Shown here piece by piece: positions 57,535-64,000 of a stretch of DNA of 64,000 nt. Origin of the DNA: Candidatus Omnitrophota bacterium (lineage in GTDB: Bacteria; Omnitrophota; Gorgyraeia; B26-G9); NCBI GenBank assembly GCA_043814605.1, contig JBDRJV010000007.1, positions 3,354 to 67,353 on the forward strand, written 5' to 3'. The notes under the pieces were generated by a model that was given only the letters and a program-made list of their open reading frames with translations, made no database searches and was not told where the DNA came from. Within the stretch, counting starts at the first letter, position 1; every line of letters starts with the position of its first letter. The position numbers and the translations under genes are program-made.

Positions 57535-58593
57535 ATGAAGAAAAAAGAAAAATATAATGTCGCAGTTGTGGGTGTGGGAGCAGTAGGAGTGGAAATGATT
57601 CGTGTGCTTAAACAGCATAAGTTTCCTTTAAATAAATTAAAAATTCTCGCCCGCAGTGAAAGAAAGATAATCATTGACGGAAAAGCTTATAATGTTGAAA
57701 AAATTACGCCGGATTCATTTAATAATATGGATTTTGCTCTTTTTGCCGGAACCGAAGGGGAAAAAGGCGCGGCGGTTACTTATGCTCAGGAAGCCGTAAA
57801 AAGAGGTGCGATTGTTATTGATAACGGAGCTGATTTTAGATTAAAAAAAGATGTACCGCTGGTTGTGCCGGAAGTTAACGGGATTGAGGCTAAACAAAAT
57901 AAGGGAATAATTTCTAATCCGAATTGTTCAACAATTCAGATGGTTGTAGCTTTAGCTCCGATTTATAAAAAAGCCGGGATTAAGCGGATTATTGTTTCTA
58001 CTTATCAAGCGGCATCAGGCGCAGGCCGTAGTGCGTTAAAACAGCTTTGGGATGAAGCTGGCCAGCTCTATGAAAAATCTAACTTAGTGAGTGTGGCACA
58101 TAATCCGATGCAAATTAAATATGATAAGCAGAGCCAGCCGGCATTTAGCCATCAGATTGCGTTTAATGTGCTGGCGCAAATCGGCGGATTCGGCCAAGAT
58201 AATTATACTTCAGAAGAATGGAAAATGGTCCATGAAACGCATAAAATATTGGGTTCAAATAAGATTAAGATTTCGGCGACATGTATTCGGGTACCGGTAC
58301 TGAATGCGCATTCAGAAGCAATTTATATCGAAACCAATAGATCAATTACTCCGGCTGAGATTATCAGGCTTTTAAAAAAATCAAAGGGCATAGTTGTAAT
58401 TGATGAACCAAAAAAAGGTAAATATCCTATGCCGGGATATGCTTCTAACCGGGATGAAGTATTTGTCGGCAGAATCCGTAAAGATCCTTATGTAAAAAAT
58501 GGTTTTTGGCTTTGGGTTGTCAGCGATAATTTACGCAAGGGAGCTGCAACTAATGCTGTGCAAATTGCGGAATTTTTAATTGGTAAACATTAA
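57535..58593 (+). CDS. asd: Aspartate-semialdehyde dehydrogenase
   Basis: PLVVPEVN, NPNCSTIQ, TYQAASGAG, RVPV, DNLRKGAA. Confidence 0.96.
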   Translation: MKKKEKYNVAVVGVGAVGVEMIRVLKQHKFPLNKLKILARSERKIIIDGKAYNVEKITPDSFNNMDFALFAGTEGEKGAAVTYAQEAVKRGAIVIDNGADFRLKKDVPLVVPEVNGIEAKQNKGIISNPNCSTIQMVVALAPIYKKAGIKRIIVSTYQAASGAGRSALKQLWDEAGQLYEKSNLVSVAHNPMQIKYDKQSQPAFSHQIAFNVLAQIGGFGQDNYTSEEWKMVHETHKILGSNKIKISATCIRVPVLNAHSEAIYIETNRSITPAEIIRLLKKSKGIVVIDEPKKGKYPMPGYASNRDEVFVGRIRKDPYVKNGFWLWVVSDNLRKGAATNAVQIAEFLIGKH

Positions 58594-58653
58594 TTTTGCC
58601 CCATTTTTTGTCGAGAATTAAAAGTATTTTTAAGTTATTTATGAGCTTGGAGA

Positions 58654-59412
58654 TTGCCGGAATTGAGAAATTTATTATTAAAGATTGAATATGATGGAAC
58701 AAATTATCAGGGTTGGCAAACACAAAGAGTAAAAGGTAATATCCATAAAAATACTGTTCAAGCGACAATAGAAAAAAAACTCATGCAGATCCTGCAGCAT
58801 AAAATTATTCTTTGTAGCTCAGGCCGCACCGATTCCGGAGTCCATGCACGGGCGCAATATGCAAACTTTAGAACTCCTTCAGCCATTCTGCCTGCCAAAT
58901 TAAAAAAATCAATTAATGCTCTTTTGCCGAAAGATATCAGAGTTATTAGTATCAAAGAAGTAGGTACAGATTTTCACGCTAGGTTTTCGGCGAAAAGTAA
59001 GGTTTACCGGTACACGATTTTAAACCGGTCTTACCATTCTGCTTTTTTAAAAAATCATGTTTGTTTTATCGGACAAAAACTGAATGTAAATAAAATGCAG
59101 CAACAAGCAAAAATGCTAAAGGGCAGGCATGATTTTAAATCTTTTCAAGCTAGCGATAGAAAAATACGTGGTTCGATAAGGACGATAAAAAATATTGATG
59201 TTAAGAAAAAGGGCAGCCAAATTATAATTGATATTGAAGCAGATGGCTTTGTTTATAATATGGCCAGAAATATTGTGGGAACTTTAATCGAATTTGGTCG
59301 TGGTAAGCTTAGCGGCACCAATATGAAAAAAATTTTAAAAGCAAAAAATAGGTGTCAGTCTGGGCCAACCGCTAGTGCTTGTGGCTTGTGTCTCATTAAA
59401 GTTAATTACTGA
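58654..59412 (+). CDS. truA: tRNA pseudouridine(38-40) synthase
   Basis: YDGT.Y.GWQ, GRTDSGVHA, FHARF, G.HDF. Confidence 0.96.
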   Translation: MPELRNLLLKIEYDGTNYQGWQTQRVKGNIHKNTVQATIEKKLMQILQHKIILCSSGRTDSGVHARAQYANFRTPSAILPAKLKKSINALLPKDIRVISIKEVGTDFHARFSAKSKVYRYTILNRSYHSAFLKNHVCFIGQKLNVNKMQQQAKMLKGRHDFKSFQASDRKIRGSIRTIKNIDVKKKGSQIIIDIEADGFVYNMARNIVGTLIEFGRGKLSGTNMKKILKAKNRCQSGPTASACGLCLIKVNY

Positions 59413-59541
59413 TGTTAAGTATTTTTTAAGAGTGAAGTTTCGGATAAAATCATTGACAATATTTGCTAAATCTGTTATTTTAAATTAAATATGATGGTAG
59501 CATATTTAGTTTAATGGGGGAAATTTAACCAAGGGGGAACA

Positions 59542-60573
59542 ATGACTCCAGAACTTAAAGGTCATGGCATTCCGTTTGATCCGATTGATTTTGATTTAGA
59601 AGAACCCATCAAGCAAGATTTCGTACAATCCCAAGAACCAGCCCTAGGGGATAAGCCTACACTGGCTGATGCTAAAAAGCCGCAGTTACCAAAGAAAAAA
59701 TTTGCAACCCGTTTTGTTTTAATTTTCTTTGTTCTTTTAGCCTTATCTGCTATAGGTGTTGCGGCGTATTATTATTTAGGTAAAGAAGAAGAAATTAGTA
59801 AAAGAATAGAAGTCGAAGCAACTTTAGCTACGGTTAAAGAGGAAAAAGTAATTGTGGAAAAAAATTTAGATGAAATTACTTTACAACGGGATCAGCTGCA
59901 GGTAGATGTGGAAGAAAGTAAAAGCAATTATAAAAGATTGTTAGTGGATTTTGAACAAGAACAAAACGCTAACAAAAAACTTGCCTCAGAGCTTGATAAA
60001 AGTGTAAAACAAATAACTTCGCTTAAGAAAGTTCTGGATAAGGAAGTAGAAAATAATGCCAAAATTAGCGCAAAGTTAACAATGTCTTCACGTGAATATG
60101 AAGACATAAAGCTGCAATTAAGCCAAATTAGAATGGCTAAAGAAGCTTTGGAGAATAGAATTTTGCAAATGAATAAAAAACAATCTCACAGCGGTGTGGA
60201 ATTGGAAAAAATTGTGGTTAATTCCAGCCCGCAAGATTTGCAACCGGAGACAGACTTAACACAAGAAACAACCAAGGTTAATTTTCAAAACTCACCGCTG
60301 CAAGCGTCAAAGCCCGTGTTTATTCCTTTGCCCCCTCCGGCTCGTTTGGAAGGGCAAGTGCTGGTGGTAAATAAAGAATTTGCTTTTGTGGTAATCAATA
60401 TCGGAGAAAAAGATGGCATAAAAAATTCAGAAGTTTTAGATGTTTATCATGGGCTGGAAAAAGTCGGGAAAGTTCAAATTGAAAGAATTTATGACACAAT
60501 GTCATCCGCGATTATTATTCCGGAGTCGACAAAACAGCAAATCAAAGAAGGCGATATTGTAAGGCTAATGTAG
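59542..60573 (+). CDS. Single-TM coiled-coil protein with C-terminal beta domain
   Basis: One TM, long heptad region, GQVLVVN....FVVINIG..DG...GD.V. Confidence 0.75.
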   Translation: MTPELKGHGIPFDPIDFDLEEPIKQDFVQSQEPALGDKPTLADAKKPQLPKKKFATRFVLIFFVLLALSAIGVAAYYYLGKEEEISKRIEVEATLATVKEEKVIVEKNLDEITLQRDQLQVDVEESKSNYKRLLVDFEQEQNANKKLASELDKSVKQITSLKKVLDKEVENNAKISAKLTMSSREYEDIKLQLSQIRMAKEALENRILQMNKKQSHSGVELEKIVVNSSPQDLQPETDLTQETTKVNFQNSPLQASKPVFIPLPPPARLEGQVLVVNKEFAFVVINIGEKDGIKNSEVLDVYHGLEKVGKVQIERIYDTMSSAIIIPESTKQQIKEGDIVRLM

Positions 60574-60592
60574 TATTTTTAGTAAAATAATT

Positions 60593-60631
60593 AATAAGGG
60601 GGAGTCTTAACTTCCCCTTATTCCTTTTTTT
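60593..60631 (+). terminator. Intrinsic terminator
   Basis: AATAAGGGGGAG...CTTCCCCTTATT then T run. Confidence 0.65.
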
Positions 60632-60660
60632 AGTTGAATTAATTTTAGTGGTGATTATTT

Positions 60661-61974
60661 ATGATGCAAATAAAAATAAAAAAAATCAATCGGATTTCCG
60701 GTGAATTTACAGTTCCGGCGGATAAGTCTGTTTCACAGCGGGCAATAATTTTAAGTGCTGTAGCTACTGGGACAACAATTATTGATAATTTTCTTAAAAG
60801 TGATGATACACAAAGAACAATTGCGGCATTTCAGGCAATGAAAATCCCCATAAAAATTAAGAGAATTAATAACCGTATCAGGGTAACTGTAAAGGGCAAA
60901 GGATTAACCGGGCTAAAAGTTCCGGCAACAGATCTGTTTATGGGTAATTCTGGTACAACAATGCGGCTGATTACGGGAATGTTAGCTGCGCAAAATTTTA
61001 AAACAAAACTAACCGGAGATTATTCTTTATCCCGCCGTCCAATGCAAAGAATTGTTAACCCGCTTAAAAAAATGGGGGCAAATATTCAGGGAAAATTTAA
61101 ATTCGGCCAAATTTATCCGCCCTTAGTGATTCAGGGGAAAAAATTAAAAGCAATAAATTATCGATTACCCGTAAAGAGTGCCCAGGTAAAATCAAGCATT
61201 TTGTTAGCGGGTCTTTATGCTAACGGAAAAACAGCAGTGAAAGAAATTTTAAAAACACGTGACCATACGGAAAGAATGCTTAAGCTTTTTAAGGCTGAAA
61301 TTTTAATTCAAGGGTTAAAGATTAAAATCTCCGGTGGCAGAGAATTAATCAGCCCTAAAAAAATGTTTATTCCGGGAGATCTTTCTTCTGCAGCTTTTTT
61401 TATGGTGGCAGCAGCAATAATTCCGGGGTCAAAATTAATCATCAGAGATGTAGGATTGAATCCCACCCGTATCGGGGTCATAAAATTGTTAAAAAAAATG
61501 GGTGCGAACATTAAAATTATAAAGAAAAATGCCCATTTAAAAGCTTATGAACCTTATGCGGATATTATAATTAAATCCAGTAATCTTAAAGGTATTACAA
61601 TCCGGGAAAAAGAGGTTGCGTTTTGTATTGATGAGTTACCGATTATTTGTGTTGCCGCCTGCTTGGCTACTGGCCGAACAAAGATTTTACGGGCAGATGA
61701 GCTAAGAATAAAAGAAACTGACCGAATTTTTTCAATGGTGAGTAATTTAAAAAAAATGGGCGCAGATATCAGAAATCAGGGAAATGATCTGATCATCAAG
61801 GGGAAAAGTGAGCTAACTGGAGCAATTGTGGATAGTTTTGGCGACCATCGCACAGCAATGTGTATGGCTATCGCGGGATTAAAAGCCTCCGGCGAGACGA
61901 TTATAAAAAATACTGATTGTATCAATAAATCTTTTCCGAATTTTCTGGAAATTTTAAGATTAATCCAGAATTGA
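60661..61974 (+). CDS. aroA: EPSP synthase
   Basis: DKSVSQR, GNSGTT, RPM.R, SAQVKS, RDHTE, KETDR, DHR. Confidence 0.96.
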   Translation: MMQIKIKKINRISGEFTVPADKSVSQRAIILSAVATGTTIIDNFLKSDDTQRTIAAFQAMKIPIKIKRINNRIRVTVKGKGLTGLKVPATDLFMGNSGTTMRLITGMLAAQNFKTKLTGDYSLSRRPMQRIVNPLKKMGANIQGKFKFGQIYPPLVIQGKKLKAINYRLPVKSAQVKSSILLAGLYANGKTAVKEILKTRDHTERMLKLFKAEILIQGLKIKISGGRELISPKKMFIPGDLSSAAFFMVAAAIIPGSKLIIRDVGLNPTRIGVIKLLKKMGANIKIIKKNAHLKAYEPYADIIIKSSNLKGITIREKEVAFCIDELPIICVAACLATGRTKILRADELRIKETDRIFSMVSNLKKMGADIRNQGNDLIIKGKSELTGAIVDSFGDHRTAMCMAIAGLKASGETIIKNTDCINKSFPNFLEILRLIQN

Positions 61975-61999
61975 CAGACCGAATTGATTGTGATATAAC
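61971..61999 (+). promoter_or_regulatory. Sigma70 promoter for mreBC
   Basis: TTGACA-17bp-TATAAC with extended -10 TG. Confidence 0.65.
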
Positions 62000-62163
62000 A
62001 ATAATACTATTTTAAAAGGTTTTTTTGGGCAATAGACAAAAAAAGGCGAAATTTTAATTTTAAACACAGTTTAAAATTTTGCGCTGGCTGTGTTTCTGAG
62101 CTAAAAGCAGATGTATTTATAACTAAAAAAATCCGGACCTTTTTAATTAAATGAGAGAGGTAA

Positions 62164-63231
<1,068 letters not shown>

Positions 63232-63247
63232 ATATTAAAAACTTGTT

Positions 63248-64000
63248 GTGTTTAGACAGAAAAAAATCCATTCAATCATCCCATTAGTTTTTATTTTTAT
63301 TGTAATATTTATCGTTAGCCCTCATAAATTAGTGCATTTAAAAAGTCATTTCTTATCTTTAATCAAAATACCTTTAAACTTTTCCATGCGTACTTATTTC
63401 ACTTTTTTAAATGCAAATCGCATATTTACGATTTACGCTGATTTTAAAGAAAACGAGAAAGAATTAAAAAATTTAAAATTTCAACTTAATAATTTTAATG
63501 AACTAAAACTTGAAAATGAGCGTTTACGTAAGTTATTGGAATTAAAACAGAATTTTGAATTTGCATTCCAACCCGCACAGGTTATCGGAAAAGAACCGAC
63601 AAATTGGTTGGACAGTTTAATTATCAATAAAGGGACAAATCACAACATTTTTATAAATCAGCCGATCATGGATGCTTCGGGGCTAATTGGAAAAATAATT
63701 GAGGTGGGTAATGATTGGGCAAAAGTGCTTTTGATCAGCGATTTAAATTCTCGAGTAGTTGTTTTGGTGCAGAGGACACGTGAAGAAGGGATGCTCGAAG
63801 GAATCGGCCGCGGTATGTGCCGTTTAAAATATTTACCGCTGGATGCGGATGTAAAATTAAATGATATTGTGATCAGTGCAGGAGTGGGCGGAGTTTATCC
63901 GAAAGGATTATTAGTGGGCCGGGTTGAGAGCATTCGCTTGCAGCGCGGCGGTATTTATAAGAGCTGTATTATTAAGCCCGCGGTTAAACTGTCCCAGGTG
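63248..64000 (+). CDS. mreC: Rod shape-determining protein MreC (runs off the window end)
   Basis: Hand translation from GTG 63248: TM, ENERLRKLL, INKG, GLIGKI, GGVYPKGLLVG; not in the ORF track because it has no stop. Confidence 0.92.
   Translation, partial: MFRQKKIHSIIPLVFIFIVIFIVSPHKLVHLKSHFLSLIKIPLNFSMRTYFTFLNANRIFTIYADFKENEKELKNLKFQLNNFNELKLENERLRKLLELKQNFEFAFQPAQVIGKEPTNWLDSLIINKGTNHNIFINQPIMDASGLIGKIIEVGNDWAKVLLISDLNSRVVVLVQRTREEGMLEGIGRGMCRLKYLPLDADVKLNDIVISAGVGGVYPKGLLVGRVESIRLQRGGIYKSCIIKPAVKLSQV

Overview
AT-rich (roughly one-third GC by eye) chromosomal window from a diderm, probably anaerobic bacterium. The gene set (PEP-CTERM/exosortase, LPS glycosyltransferases, Rnf, Hyp, PAC2) suggests a PVC-type lineage such as Ca. 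Omnitrophota, which is an inference. In order: a c-di-GMP-I riboswitch split by a 119-nt insertion ahead of a CFI-box-CTERM surface protein; an exosortase/EpsI/sugar transferase/PEP-CTERM locus with a sigma54 two-component system and a shared 18-bp palindrome; an archaeal-type Hel308 helicase; a circularly permuted DUF4254 protein; a PAC2 protein; oppBCDF; two LPS glycosyltransferases; a seven-gene Mrp-like cluster missing many conserved residues; a minimal hypA-F-C-D-E set; sulfide-dependent thi4 and homocysteine synthase; CheC/HD-GYP/CheC; rnfC-D-B plus an ASKHA protein; mnmA; tRNA-Leu; the nfeD/floA locus; tRNA-Ala with a duplicated 3' end; then leuS, comEA/EC, gmhB, a frameshifted GxxExxY gene, leuCDB, asd, truA, aroA and mreBC. 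The strongest unexplained signal is a family of degenerate 7-bp (and 8-9-bp) periodic tandem arrays and mini-hairpins. They stack in intergenic gaps, invade a riboswitch and gene 3' ends, and in one case flank a GxxExxY nuclease-like gene as inverted arms. They may be footprints of a small, poorly described mobile cassette system. No rRNA, CRISPR array or intact transposase was seen.
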